A stretch of DNA of 64,000 nucleotides, taken from Macrostomum lignano (Eukaryota). Both the position numbers and the translations under genes were made by a program. Location of the stretch: contig NIVC01003826.1 in assembly GCA_002269645.1 (NCBI GenBank), positions 1 to 64,000 of the forward strand, given 5' to 3'. The notes beneath the pieces are model-generated. The model was given only the letters and a program-made list of their open reading frames with translations. It did no database searches and was not told the DNA's origin. How positions within the stretch are numbered: position 1 is the first letter of the stretch; the number at the start of each line of letters is the position of its first letter. Below are positions 8,910 to 21,169 of the stretch, piece by piece.

Positions 8910-11900
8910 TCACTCTAAGCAGTCCGCTGTCCTTTTCGGACTACCCCTGATTAACAGCTGAAAGTGGCCGAACGGAAGACTTGAATTCGAGCCAGTCCAC
9001 GCTCGCTTGTCCTCCCAGATACTGAGAGCGAGCTTACGTTGCTCAATGGTGAAAACGCGATGTTTCTCACTTCCAATTCGACGAACAGTGAGCGACAGCT
9101 TTGAAGCCCCCTTGAAAATCTTGACGTAGTCGTCGTGGGAGACTTCATTCTTCAGCACGCTTCGTTGGATGCCTTTTGCTTTTGCTTTGCATGCCGCCGA
9201 GCTTTCAGCGAGGAAAGAATAGAGCTTGGGCCTTAGCAGCACCCACTCAATCTGTTGCAGTCCACCAGCTTCATCTTTAATGCAGCCTAGCTTGGCCTTT
9301 AGCCGATTCGAGAAGAGAGGATGATTAGTGAAAAAATTGGAGGTGTCCAAGAGGCCTTCGGCATGCAGGATTGGCAGCACTTCTCTCTGCAAACTAAGGT
9401 TCTCTAAGCTCAAAAACAACGAGTCTGTATCGCCACCGCAAACTCGAACTCTTGCTCCATCACGGAATTCTAGCATGGGTTTTATTTTGTCATAGTAAAG
9501 TCGATACATGATGATCTTGGAGCGATCTAGAACACACTGCCCCATGAAAATTGGCCGATCAAGAGTTACTTCGCGCTTTTGAAGCTCAAAGATGCTGAGT
9601 GACGGCGTAATGATTGTGAATGATGCGACATTTGGTTGAGAAGAAACAGTCTTGGCTTTTTTCTTGTCACTGCACACTCTGATGTCCCGCCGCTTGCGCA
9701 CGTTCTCCATTGTTTTGCCAAACAGGGAGTTATTTTTCAGTTTATAGAAATCCTTCTCGAAATCATTTTTCGCCATAGAGCGCTTCTCGCTATTCATCTT
9801 AATGTAGTCCGCGAAGACAGGTTCTTGCCTGAATTCGATCATCCTGTGGAGCCCATGCAACTTCATTCCGTGCGATAGATAGAATCGGAGAGCAGACGAG
9901 TGCAGTACATAGGAAAACTTGTTGTGGCATGTGAGCATTAATTTTTGTACTCCACGGTAGCGCGCAACGGTAGGATTCTCAGTCGTGTTCGCGTCGGGCT
10001 GCTGCTGCTGATGATGCTGAGAATGATCATTGTCATGTTGAAGCAGTACCCATAATTCTCGCATGTACTGCGGAAATTCTTCAAAATTCGGACACCTTTT
10101 CTCTGGGGCGAATGGAAGATCCTCCGTTGCCGTGTGGATTTCGGCTGGGTAGAGCAAATCCGCTTCGACAAGGTAGCCGATTGGAGCGTCATCATCCAGG
10201 GAAAGAAAGCGGCACTCGGACCATGAGCAGAGCTCCTCTTGACTGAGCCAGCGAAAGCCACCAACAGGTAGGGGCATTGTGAGCGCATGACCGTAAAGAT
10301 TATTAGCATCAACAGCCAGTAAACTCCTACCTGCTGGTTCATTATCATCATCGCTACTTTCGCTCTGGACATGATGTACATTGACAAAAGACATTCCACC
10401 CCGAATTCCTTTTTCAAACATTTTATACATCTCGAGGTCAGTTAGCAGTTCGATCTTGACTTGAGAAGACTTTAGTGCAGAAGCGAATGATAGGCCTGGA
10501 GTTGACACAAAATGCACCGGATCTAGCTTGTCTTCCTGCAAACTCAGCCTTCGAAACCCTCAAAGATATCTGCTAGTTGCCTGATGTCCAGCTCCAAGTA
10601 GCAGAGCATGTAATCGCGCAATGTTGTAGATTCGAATTCAGTCCAGGCCTTCTGCGCATGCCGATACTCCGTTTCGGTACAGTGGCTGTTGGTAAGTCGG
10701 TTAAAAAAGCTTCTACTTTTGGTAGTTGGCGATCATCAAGCACATTCAAATTCGAGAGATAATCATAAGGGAAAACTCCCTTACTAAACAGTACATCGCT
10801 TGAAAGATTTGGATACTTTGATCGCATCGCATTAGTGATGGGCAGTTGTCCTCCGGCAAGTTCTTAATAAGTTGAGATAGACTGCTGTGTAGGAATTGCA
10901 GTGAGTCGATGAATTGTAGCGTGAAAAACAGGGGCTTTTTTACGCCATCTTTCTCATACTCATCAATCTGGAACTCGACCCTCATGGAGAGGTACGACTC
11001 GGCAGTTTGGGGGATGACGCTCACCCTCCAACCAGTCATGTCACCCAGCGCAGTTGAGAAAATCAAATGCAGGTCATATCCGCGAAGATTGTGGAAAACT
11101 ATTGGCAAAAATCGCCGTTTTAGCCGAGCAAGCTTGTTACACGAAGCGCAGGCAGCACCCTTGTATTCACCGCTGAGGTGGTCGTGATCCCAGTGCTTGT
11201 CAGAAGATGAAATAAACACTGCATTGCATAAATAGCACTGTGGGGCATCTTGAAAGCTGCGCCTGTTGTCATCTCTGTTTCTGTCAGCAATCTGATGACT
11301 AAACTCGGTATTCCAACCATAAACTTCACGAGCAAGACGTTCGAGTGAGGCCAAAAACTGTTTCACGACAGAATTCGGATTGGGTCCGCTGCAGAGGAAA
11401 ACATCCTCACTCGGCCTCAGAATTTTGCTGCTCATACCCTCTCTTGGAATAACAATGTAGCCAGCAGCTACAGGTACATGCTCAGTTAACTTGGTGACAG
11501 TAACTTCTCTTTCAGACTCCACTGGTTCACGTGGGGTGTTCAGAGCTTCAAAATCTGCGTAGACAACAAATGGGGGACTGATTGTCTTTTCCCAAGCCAT
11601 GAACTGCATTGTGTTGCTACTTGCATCAGGCATGCGCTCCATGATGGCTGGTTTCAGTTGAGGATTGCAGCTGTCTCGATGCTGCTCCAACTCTTCCTGG
11701 GATCGAAACGGAGAAATGCACTTCTCACACCATTTGCGATTCCTCAGACCTTTTTTGCTGTTCAGGAGCCGGTCCAGGTTCGAAACTGCACACCAGTGTC
11801 CAGTCCCACAATTCTCATCACCACCACCATCATCATCAGCATCATCGGTGCTGGAGTTGCGAAGCAAGAGTAGAGGAATAACCTTGCGAGAGGCACAAAT

Positions 11901-12665
11901 CCCAGGAAGAGGCTGGCGAATGACATAGGCCTCATCATCTTCCCAGCTAAAAACTGTGAAACAGATTTCGGAATTATTTTCCTCTATAACGTTTAAATCG
12001 GAAATTGCGACTGGTAGTGCGATGCCGCTCAGATCGATTTCATCCAACCATCTGCTGTAAGTTGTTAGTCGATGGCAAGACTTCATCACACCAGGATCTC
12101 TGATGTGCAGGTAAGCGAGACAGGCAAACAGAAAGCAATTGTTTCCATCGCTCGGTGGGTTGATTATGGCCTTCTTAACCGCCAGCTGATTGGGCAAAGT
12201 AAAATTCGCGCATCGTCCACGATAGTAGCGAATGCGATCAGTGAGGGCAGAGCACAGATCAAAATAGTTGATTTGCTCAACCATCCAACCGCTCCCATTT
12301 GAATTGTAGGCATCAATCTTGCGTTCCAGCTCAGAAAACTGCTGCAACCACCACAATTCAAAATCTCTTAGATCAGAGAGAAGCTCAAGACCGCATGCGA
12401 TCCACTTATCTTCTGCATTGATTACCGCAGCTTCCTTGATTCTCACCATTCTGATGTTGAACTTAAGCTGCGCTCGAATAGATTTATTCTCGTATGAATC
12501 GAATCTCATCTCAACAGCCTGTAGCACTGCAAACTTCGTTGATGATAAAAAATGAAATGGCTCGAGATCTCTTGATGCTGGAGTGAAGCGTCTGACCTGC
12601 AGCGTGTCATCATGCGCACTAGCGTGAATAGCCGAGCTGAATTGAATGCCTGCATGAATTAGCAT
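8910..12665 (-). CDS. Protein-primed family B DNA polymerase (pPolB) with N-terminal C2H2 finger and endonuclease VII-like region; frameshifts at about 10.55-10.8 kb
   Basis: Polymerase motifs VDANNLYG, KLKNNSLFGK, GDTDSLF. Exonuclease motifs FHNLRGYD, FIDSLQF, KGVFPYDY. Also CYLC...DHDHLSGEYKGAACASCN (EndoVII-like) and CEKC...HRDSC. Confidence 0.95.
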
Positions 12666-12749
12666 GTTGTTGGATGTACGCGTTTCACTCGACAGTTAAA
12701 ATTTATAAATCATATTCCTAATTCCACCTCATTATGGTGCGGGAATTGG

Positions 12750-13390
12750 TTAATCGGGAATCAGTGAATCGGGAATCGGCGAATCGGGAATCGGTGAATC
12801 GCTAATCAGTGAATCAGGAATCGGGAATCAGTGAATCGGGAATCGGCGAATCGGGAATCGGTGAATCGCTAATCAGTGAATCAGGAATCGGGAATCAGTG
12901 AATCGGGAATCGGCGAATCGGGAATCGGTGAATCGGGAATCGGCGAATCGGGAATCGGTGAATCGCTAATCAGTGAATCAGGAATCGGGAATCAGTGAAT
13001 CGGTGAATCGGTGAATCGGGAATCAGTGAATCGGGAATCGGCGAATCGGGAATCGGTGAATCGGGAATCGGCGAATCGGGAATCGGTGAATCGGGAATCG
13101 GCGAATCGGGAATCGGTGAATCGCTAATCAGTGAATCAGGAATCGGGAATCAGTGAATCGGTGAATCGGTGAATCGGGAATCAGTGAATCGGTGAATCGG
13201 GAATCAGTGAATCGGTGAATCGGGAATCAGTGAATCGGTGAATCGGTGAATCGGTGAATCGGGAATCGGTGAATCGTGAATCGGGAATCGGTGAATCGCT
13301 AATCAGTGAATCAGGAATCGGGAATCAGTGAATCGGTGAATCGGTGAATCGGGAATCGGGAATCGGTGAATCGGCGAATCAGGAATCGGG
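12750..13390. repeat. GAATCG(G/GT/AGT/GC) compound microsatellite inside Polinton 1
   Basis: About 640 bp of 7-8-nt GAATC-based units immediately upstream of the pPolB start. Confidence 0.95.
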
Positions 13391-14175
13391 TTTTATGACT
13401 ACTTTTTCTTGTACTTATAGAGGGAAGAGTCTACTTTACTGGCTTTACTAATCACATTGGATTGACTCACTGGTTGGTTCGATTTCGATAGCAAAATTGG
13501 TAGACTCAAGCGGCCGATCACTTGCTGATGATGATGATGAAGTTTCTCTCGAAGAAGGCATCTCGGTTCGGTTGATGACACGGCTTAGAGCATTTTCGAT
13601 GAGAATTAGATGAGGAAATTTGCTGAAATACATATTTGTGAAATTATTTTTTCTTGCAAAAGTAAATTTAAATCCCTAATTTGTGGATATACGCTCGTAT
13701 TAAGTGTACATATTTTCGAAAGTTGTACTTCGGGTCTTGTCGTTACGTGTCAAATTTCGGGGTCTAATAAAGGGTCTAATAAAAGGGTTTAATAAAAGGG
13801 TCTTATAAAACGAATTCTAAAAATATTTCAAAATAACTCAAAGCTGCAAACTTTTCCAAAATTCAGCGCTTCATTGCGCTTTAAAATTTATATTTTAAAA
13901 AAGCAATGATACGCTACATTATTAGAAGCACAAGTTAAAGAAGGAGATTACAAACCCAAACAGAATCAAACCCAATCTGCATTCACACCCAAGCACAGCT
14001 TGATCAACGCGCACTGCCTGCATAAATATGAACTTTAAAAATAGCAATGAGATGTTGAAAAGGAAAATAAATATTATTCACTTTTGCAATATACAGATAA
14101 TCATCTCGCAATTTAATTCAACACAGAATGTTTGCTAATTTAATATTTAACGACTGGTACATTAGAATTATTAGT

Positions 14176-15087
14176 TTAGAATTGAGAATTGCTCAGGCGA
14201 ATACGGAAAGCCCCTCCCAAGTCAATCCAATATTCACCCGTAACACTGTTGGGCAGAACCAGCTGGATGCAGAGAGGTGCTGGCTGCTGCACTTCATTAG
14301 CGGCCGCAGGCTGAACCTCAGTCGGTGGTGGCGGTGGTGCAGGCGCAGGGCCTGAGTCCATATCGCGAATCAGGTCAGACAGGCTGACTTCGGCCGCAGG
14401 CTGAACCTCAGTCGGTGGTGGTGGTGGTGGAGGCGCAGGGCCTGAGTCCATATCGCGAATCACGTCGGACAGGCTGACTTCTGCCAGCATCCTGGCACGC
14501 TCCATATTTTTTTCGGGAACAGGGATTGCACGCCGCTGCTGCTGCTGTTGCATTTCTTGCTGCTCCTGTGCTTCAGGCTCACCATCGAGGTTCTCGAAGA
14601 AAGCGGTGTCCAGCTCATTCAGCTCGAAGTCAGGGGTGCCACCTCCATCAGCAGCATCAAGCAGGGGAGCTCCGACATCACCGTCGAGTAGAGCAGCAGA
14701 AGCAGCAGCAGGCTGGGCGTTGGGCTGGTCACCAGTGTTCGTTACTCGGCCGCATAAGCTCGTGATAACTTGACTCAAAGTGCTCACCGGCTCTCGAATG
14801 CGTTCTGCCGCCCTGTTGCGTTCCTCTTGACGTGCAACTTCCAGAGCAGTAATGCGTGCCTGCTCGCGGTCTTCAGCAGAGCTCCAATTAACAGTCGAAT
14901 GATTTTTATGCCTTTTGATTTGGCCTCTAACGGTGAAGAGCTCAACGGACTGGCATTCATGGCATAGTAGCCATCGGGTGACACTGCAGCCTTCATTCGC
15001 TACATGGTGCTTTAGTCCACCGAGCATACTAATATTGCAGGTGACACACACCTCATGAACGTAGGATGGGCACCGAGAATGGCTCAT
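14176..15087 (-). CDS. Orphan 303-aa Polinton protein: Cys/His-rich N-terminus, acidic/Gln/Pro-rich region with a duplicated ~30-aa repeat
   Basis: Intact ORF with CVTC...HH...C...CHEC; EVSLSD(V/L)IRDMDSGPAP..PPPPTEVQPAA occurs twice. Confidence 0.6.
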   Translation of the reverse strand: MSHSRCPSYVHEVCVTCNISMLGGLKHHVANEGCSVTRWLLCHECQSVELFTVRGQIKRHKNHSTVNWSSAEDREQARITALEVARQEERNRAAERIREPVSTLSQVITSLCGRVTNTGDQPNAQPAAASAALLDGDVGAPLLDAADGGGTPDFELNELDTAFFENLDGEPEAQEQQEMQQQQQRRAIPVPEKNMERARMLAEVSLSDVIRDMDSGPAPPPPPPPTEVQPAAEVSLSDLIRDMDSGPAPAPPPPPTEVQPAAANEVQQPAPLCIQLVLPNSVTGEYWIDLGGAFRIRLSNSQF

Positions 15088-16061
15088 GGTTTAAAATTTA
15101 ATCAAGGGTTTTTGTGAAAATTTGAAATTTCGAAGTCCGTTTAAATCTCAACAAAATATATTTTAATGGCTCAGTAGAATTTTTCAGTCCTTATATTCAA
15201 ATCACCAGGCAATATCGCCTATATGTACACATACAGATATGTTTACACGTTACATATGTGTATGCACTAATTATTTTCTTACCGTTATTGAGCAATAATA
15301 ATAATAAAACTGATAACATTCCCCCGTCCCGTGCATCAGTTAGTTTTAAAGACCTCCACCCCAGACCTGCACCCCACTTCCCCGCGGCCAAATCAGCAGT
15401 ATCAAGAAAAACAATAACAAGGCAATAAACGGCGCTTTGCAAGCTCACTTTCACAACAAATTCAGTCCAATTTGCGAGACTCGTACTAAAGTGCGGAGGA
15501 ACTCATGAACATAGGCCTATGTATTCCCACTGCCAACAAAGTTTAAATATTGTGGAGATCGGAAGCCAGGTTCGCCCAATTTTCAATTAACTATGGCTAA
15601 TGTACACTAGAGAAGTTTTTTACTATTTTTAGAGAGTCAGTTTTGGGCTTCCCAGGAACTTGTGCTGCTTTCCCCTGCGGCAGAGTCCACCAATCCATTT
15701 ACATAGAGCTCTATTCGGCTTTTTTCATTGAAGATCGAGTAGTAGGAAAATGAAAAGCGTCAAATTTTTCTTTTTTTGTCTAATTAGCTTAATTACTTCT
15801 CAAAGGATAAAAACATTTTCATTTAAAATCTAGAAACTAGTATTCTTTTGAAATGTTTGAAATGTTATTTCAAATTCGTCCTTTCGTTTCTATAGAAATA
15901 CGATAAAAGATCGAGAAAATTTCTCGAACCGAATTCCAGAATCGGATCGCGGTTTTGGAACCGACTATGAAAACGGAACAGACAATATGAAAAGCTTCGA
16001 ACCGATTCTGGTCCTGGAATCGGTCATATGAAAAGCCCGTATATTTCGCTGTCCGACCCCC

Positions 16062-16196
16062 CCCCATGGAAATTCCGTGGCTTTCCCTGCGGCAGAGTCC
16101 ACCAATGCATTTACATAGGCGCTATGTTTACACACTATAGGCCCGTGGTTTTCCCACGGAAATTCCTGCGGCAGAGTCCACATTTCCCCTACTACT
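16062..16196 (-). repeat. Right terminal inverted repeat of Polinton 1
   Basis: Reverse complement of 2-135; ends ACTACT. Confidence 0.95.
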
Positions 16197-16519
16197 CTTA
16201 CAGCAACAACAAACGGCATTCAAAATTGGTTTTCTTTTAAGCGTTGATGACTAGCAATCTATACCCCCTCCTGTTGGGGCGGCAGCAAAGAAACGAGTAA
16301 AACTTTGAGTAAACTACTTGTAGCTTTTGACCTTTAAGAGCCACTATTATTAGTTTTTAAAAGAAAATATTATGCAAAGCAAAAAAGAAAAAAAGTTTTG
16401 AGCTTTGGCATCAAAGCTTCCTTTTAAGCCATGGCTTAACCTTAACTCTTCCTTTGATTTTTTGGCCTACCAACAACTCCCAATTGACCCTTGAAATCTC
16501 AGCAAAGGACACTGCCACA

Positions 16520-16704
16520 GAATTTCAGCAATTCACACAATGAGCCTTGAGAATTTCAGCAATTCACACAATGAGCCTTGAGAATTTCAGCAATTCACAC
16601 AATGAGCCTTGAGAATTTCAGCAATTCACACAATGAGCCTTGAGAATTTCAGCAATTCACACAATGAGCCTTAAGAATTTCAGCAATTCACACAATGAGC
16701 CTTG
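16520..16704. repeat. 31-bp tandem repeat, 6 copies
   Basis: Unit GAATTTCAGCAATTCACACAATGAGCCTTGA. Confidence 0.95.
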
Positions 16705-17867
16705 ACATCTTGGCAATTCCTTATGAGTTTATGGTTGACATGGCGACTCTTTTATTTAGTTTCTTTCATTTGATTTGATTCAGGTGGCTTCAGTTCGAAA
16801 AATACTTTTATTAGTAATATTTAATCACGGGATCAAAATTCGAACCCAGGTGCTGCTTATATTAGCAATTCAGTCTGTTCACATCTAGACTAGCCTACAT
16901 CAATTAGTGCTTGCCTTAACTCGGCTAGAGAAAAGTCACAGGAAGGAGTTTAACATAATCAATTTTTCAGTCAGTCTGTATCAGTTTCCATTAAATAAAG
17001 TTAACTACATATATGGTAATACAATCTAAATCAAGTCTAATTTGAAATACATGCAGTATTCTGCTATGTTACCAGATTCTGTTATAGTTACGCAATTCAA
17101 GTCGGAGCTTATGATGCAATCTATCATCATTTGATTCCAATCGGAATGGCATTCATAGTCAAAAAGTTCTGCTAGAACTTTATCAAAAAGAATGTTTCTC
17201 AAATATTTAATCTGATAAGCATTGAGCGATTTCTTAAAAACGACATTTGTAGGCGCAAATTTCATGAAAAACATTTGACACTTTTTTCCGGTCCCGGGGA
17301 TTCGAGCCCAATTTCAGGATCCCCGGGGATTCCGATCCACTAAGTGCAACCCGCTGTAAACTGGATATTGCAAGGACGAGATGAAGTAAAAAATGGAAGA
17401 GATCTATATAGAACGACTGGTTAAGTGGATTAATGTAATTTCGATTTAGTCTTCAAAGTAGTTGCGAATGGAGTGGAGAAAGGGCGTGCAGGCTCAACAT
17501 GCTGCTCCTATTCCTCCTGGGACCGCTGGTGGGGTCAGTCCAGTCAAAAATTCTAAAATAGCTAACTAGATGAGCCACTTAGGCATATTATATAATACTT
17601 AGTAAACAGTTTTCTACTTTCAGTTCAGTAGCAAGGAAAGAGTTTATGATTAATAAAGCTATTTATAATAAATATAGAGGCTATTAAAATGGCACTCTGA
17701 TAAGATACGAGTAGGATTCCAAGCTAACAGACGAAATAAAAAATTGCTATAGGGACATATGGGTTCAGCCTCAATGCACATTAGCCAGTGCACCTTCGAA
17801 CTGTATACATGGCAGCTTTATGCTGAAAAACACCGAGGGAGAGGGGGTTGAGATTTTATGTCCTCAG

Positions 17868-20388
17868 GCGCGGTTGGAGGGGTTCAGCTTGGGGGTAAGA
17901 GATTCTATGTGCAAAGTCGCGGTTGGAGGGGTTCAGCTTGGGGGTAAAAGATTCTATGTGCAAAGTCGCGGTTGGAGGGGTTCAGCTTGGAGGTAAAAGA
18001 TTCTATGTGCAAAGTCGCGGTTGGAGGGGTTCAGCTTGGGGGTAAGAGATTCTATGTGCAAAGTCGCGGTTGGAGGGGTTCAGCTAGGGTGGGATAAGAG
18101 ATTCTAGATGTGCAAAATCGTGGCTGGAGGGGTTCAGCTTAGGTGGGATAAGAGATTCTAGATGTGCAAAATCGTGGCTGGAGGGGTTCAGCTTGGGTGG
18201 GATAAGAGATTCTAGATGTGCAAAATCGTGGCTGGAGGGGTTCAGCTTGGGTGGGATAAGAGATTCTAGATGTGCAAAATCGTGGCTGGAGGGGTTCAGC
18301 TAGGGTGGGATAAGAGATTCTAGATGTGCAAAATCGTGGCTGGAGGGGTTCAGCTTAGGTGGGATAAGAGATTCTAGATGTGCAAAATCGTGGCTGGAGG
18401 GGTTCAGCTTGGGTGGGATAAGAGATTCTAGATGTGCAAAATCGTGGCTGGAGGGGTTCAGCTTGGGTGGGATAAGAGATTCTAGATGTGCAAAATCGTG
18501 GCTGGAGGGGTTCAGCTTGGGTGGGATAAGAGATTCTAGATGTGCAAAATCGTGGCTGGAGGGGTTCAGCTTAGGTGGGATAAGAGATTCTAGATGTGCA
18601 AAATCGTGGCTGGAGGGGTTCAGCTTGGGTGGGATAAGAGATTCTAGATGTGCAAAATCGTGGCTGGAGGGGTTCAGCTAGGGTGGGATAAGAGATTCTA
18701 GATGTGCAAAATCGTGGCTGGAGGGGTTCAGCTTAGGTGGGATAAGAGATTCTAGATGTGCAAAATCGTGGCTGGAGGGGTTCAGCTAGGGTGGGATAAG
18801 AGATTCTAGATGTGCAAAATCGTGGCTGGAGGGGTTCAGCTTAGGTGGGATAAGAGATTCTAGATGTGCAAAATCGTGGCTGGAGGGGTTCAGCTTGGGT
18901 GGGATAAGAGATTCTAGATGTGCAAAATCGTGGCTGTAGGGGTTCAGCTTGGGTGGGGTAAGAGATTCTAGATGTGCAAAATCGTGGCTGGAGGGGTTCA
19001 GCTTGGGTGGGGTAAGAGATTCTATGTGCAAAGTCGTGGCTGGAGGGGTTCAGCTTGGGTGGGGTAAGAGATTCTATGTGCAAAGTCGTGGCTGGAGGGG
19101 TTCAGCTTGGGTGGGGTAAGAGATTCTAGATGTGCAAAATCGTGGCTGTAGGGGTTCAGCTTGGGTGGGATAAGAGATTCTAGATGTGCAAAATCGTGGC
19201 TGGAGGGGTTCAGCTTGGGTGGGGTAAGAGATTCTATGTGCAAAGTCGTGGCTGGAGGGGTTCAGCTTGGGTGGGGTAAGAGATTCTATGTGCAAAGTCG
19301 TGGCTGGAGGGGTTCAGCTTGGGTGGGGTAAGAGATTCTAGATGTGCAAAATCGTGGCTGGAGGGGTTCAGCTAGGGTGGGATAAGAGATTCTAGATGTG
19401 CAAAATCGTGGCTGGAGGGGTTCAGCTTAGGTGGGATAAGAGATTCTAGATGTGCAAAATCGTGGCTGGAGGGGTTCAGCTTGGGTGGGATAAGAGATTC
19501 TAGATGTGCAAAATCGTGGCTGGAGGGGTTCAGCTTGGGTGGGATAAGAGATTCTAGATGTGCAAAATCGTGGCTGGAGGGGTTCAGCTTAGGTGGGATA
19601 AGAGATTCTAGATGTGCAAAATCGTGGCTGGAGGGGTTCAGCTTGGGTGGGATAAGAGATTCTAGATGTGCAAAATCGTGGCTGGAGGGGTTCAGCTTGG
19701 GTGGGATAAGAGATTCTAGATGTGCAAAATCGTGGCTGGAGGGGTTCAGCTAGGGTGGGGTAAAAGATTCTATGTGCAAAGTCGTGGCTGGAGGGGTTCA
19801 GCTTGGGTGGGATAAGAGATTCTATGTGCAAAGTCGTGGCTGGAGGGGTTCAGCTTGGGTGAGGTAAGAGATTCTATGTGCAAAGTCGTGGCTGGAGGGG
19901 TTCAGCTTGGGTGGGATAAGAGATTCCTTGTGCAAAGTCGTGGCTGGAGGGGTTCAGCTTGGGTGGGATAAGAGATTCTATGTGCAAAATCGTGGCTGGA
20001 GGGGTTCAGCTTGGGTGGGGTAAGAGATTCCATGTGCAAAGTCGTGGCTGGAGGGGTTCAGCTTGGGTGGGGTAAGAGATTCCATGTGCAAAGTCGTGGC
20101 TGGAGGGGTTCAGCTTGGGTGGGATAAGAGATTCTAGATGTGCAAAATCGTGGCTGGAGGGGTTCAGCTTGGGTGGGGTAAGAGATTCTATGTGCAAAGT
20201 CGTGGCTGGAGGGGTTCAGCTTGGGTGGGGTAAGAGATTCCATGTGCAAAGTCGTGGCTGGAGGGGTTCAGCTTGGGTGGGGTAAGAGATTCTATGTGCA
20301 AAGTCGTGGCTGGAGGGGTTCAGCTTGGGTGGGGTAAGAGATTCCATGTGCAAAGTCGTGGCTGGAGGGGTTCAGCTTGGGTGGGGGA
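17868..20388. repeat. 52/54-bp minisatellite array (~2.5 kb)
   Basis: Unit GTGCAAAATCGTGGCTGGAGGGGTTCAGCTTGGGTGGGATAAGAGATTCTAGAT; 52-bp variants lack the AG. Confidence 0.97.
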
Positions 20389-21169
20389 CGTAAAGAGCCA
20401 ATACAGGAGTATCGTCTTACTCTTATCAATACACCTAAAATGCTTCTTATTTTTCTGTTTAACAAAAGTAGCTTACACGCAAATTTTCCGAGGGATCCAT
20501 CTCTGAACACTGAACTGCAGTCTGAAAACTGACAGGGTAATTGTAAACTTTATGCGCCTGTCTGATTTGTGAGCCACCACCAATGCGGCAGCAAATAAAA
20601 GGGGCTATAAAATATAATGAATTCGGCTACGAGAGACTGCTGCATTAGCCAATAGTTCCAGGGCTCTGCATGGACCTTTCACAAATAATTTAATAGCAAG
20701 GCATAAAATAAATGCTGTTGGCAGAAAGCCATTTTGGCGCCCAGCAGGCGGTCCTTAAGTGTCGCCTGACATCCCCCATATTTGATGACCCTTACACGAG
20801 GGTACGAGTAATTATTAATTTTTTTTCCGGAATGTTTTGTCAGTATAAATTTGAAACTCGAGCAGATATATGCGAATGTGACAATGGAAAGTAGTTTCAA
20901 ATTTCATACTAAACACACTAACACGCACAAACTGCATGGCTTCTTAGTTAACGCGTTGACTAGCACAGTACTGAAAAGTGCAACTTTTTCTAGAAAGAAC
21001 TGAACTTGTATCAAAGAACACTTTTGTTAATGAATTTCCCCTGTAATTGTCACGATTCCTAGCAGAAGTTGCATCGGTTGATTAACACTCACCCATGGAC
21101 TACTGAAAAGTCGACACGGATTTTAATGTTAAATCAATATGGAATTTTTACGAGGCTTGCAAATTCTAA

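Larger units (their letters stand above)
2..16196. mobile_element. Complete Polinton/Maverick (adintovirus-like endogenous dsDNA virus), element 1
   Basis: Begins AGTAGTAGGGGAAATGTGG and ends CCACATTTCCCCTACTACT. Contains INT, minor and major capsid, protease, ATPase and pPolB. The right flank CTTACA ends in A, matching base 1, consistent with a 6-bp TSD cut off by the window edge. Confidence 0.96.

Noticed and set aside
17868-20388. CRISPR-like appearance and many short ORFs (GGIRDSRCAKSWLEGFS, HLESLIPPKLNP)
   Set aside because: Head-to-tail repeats with no unique spacers and no cas genes; the ORFs are translations of the repeat unit.
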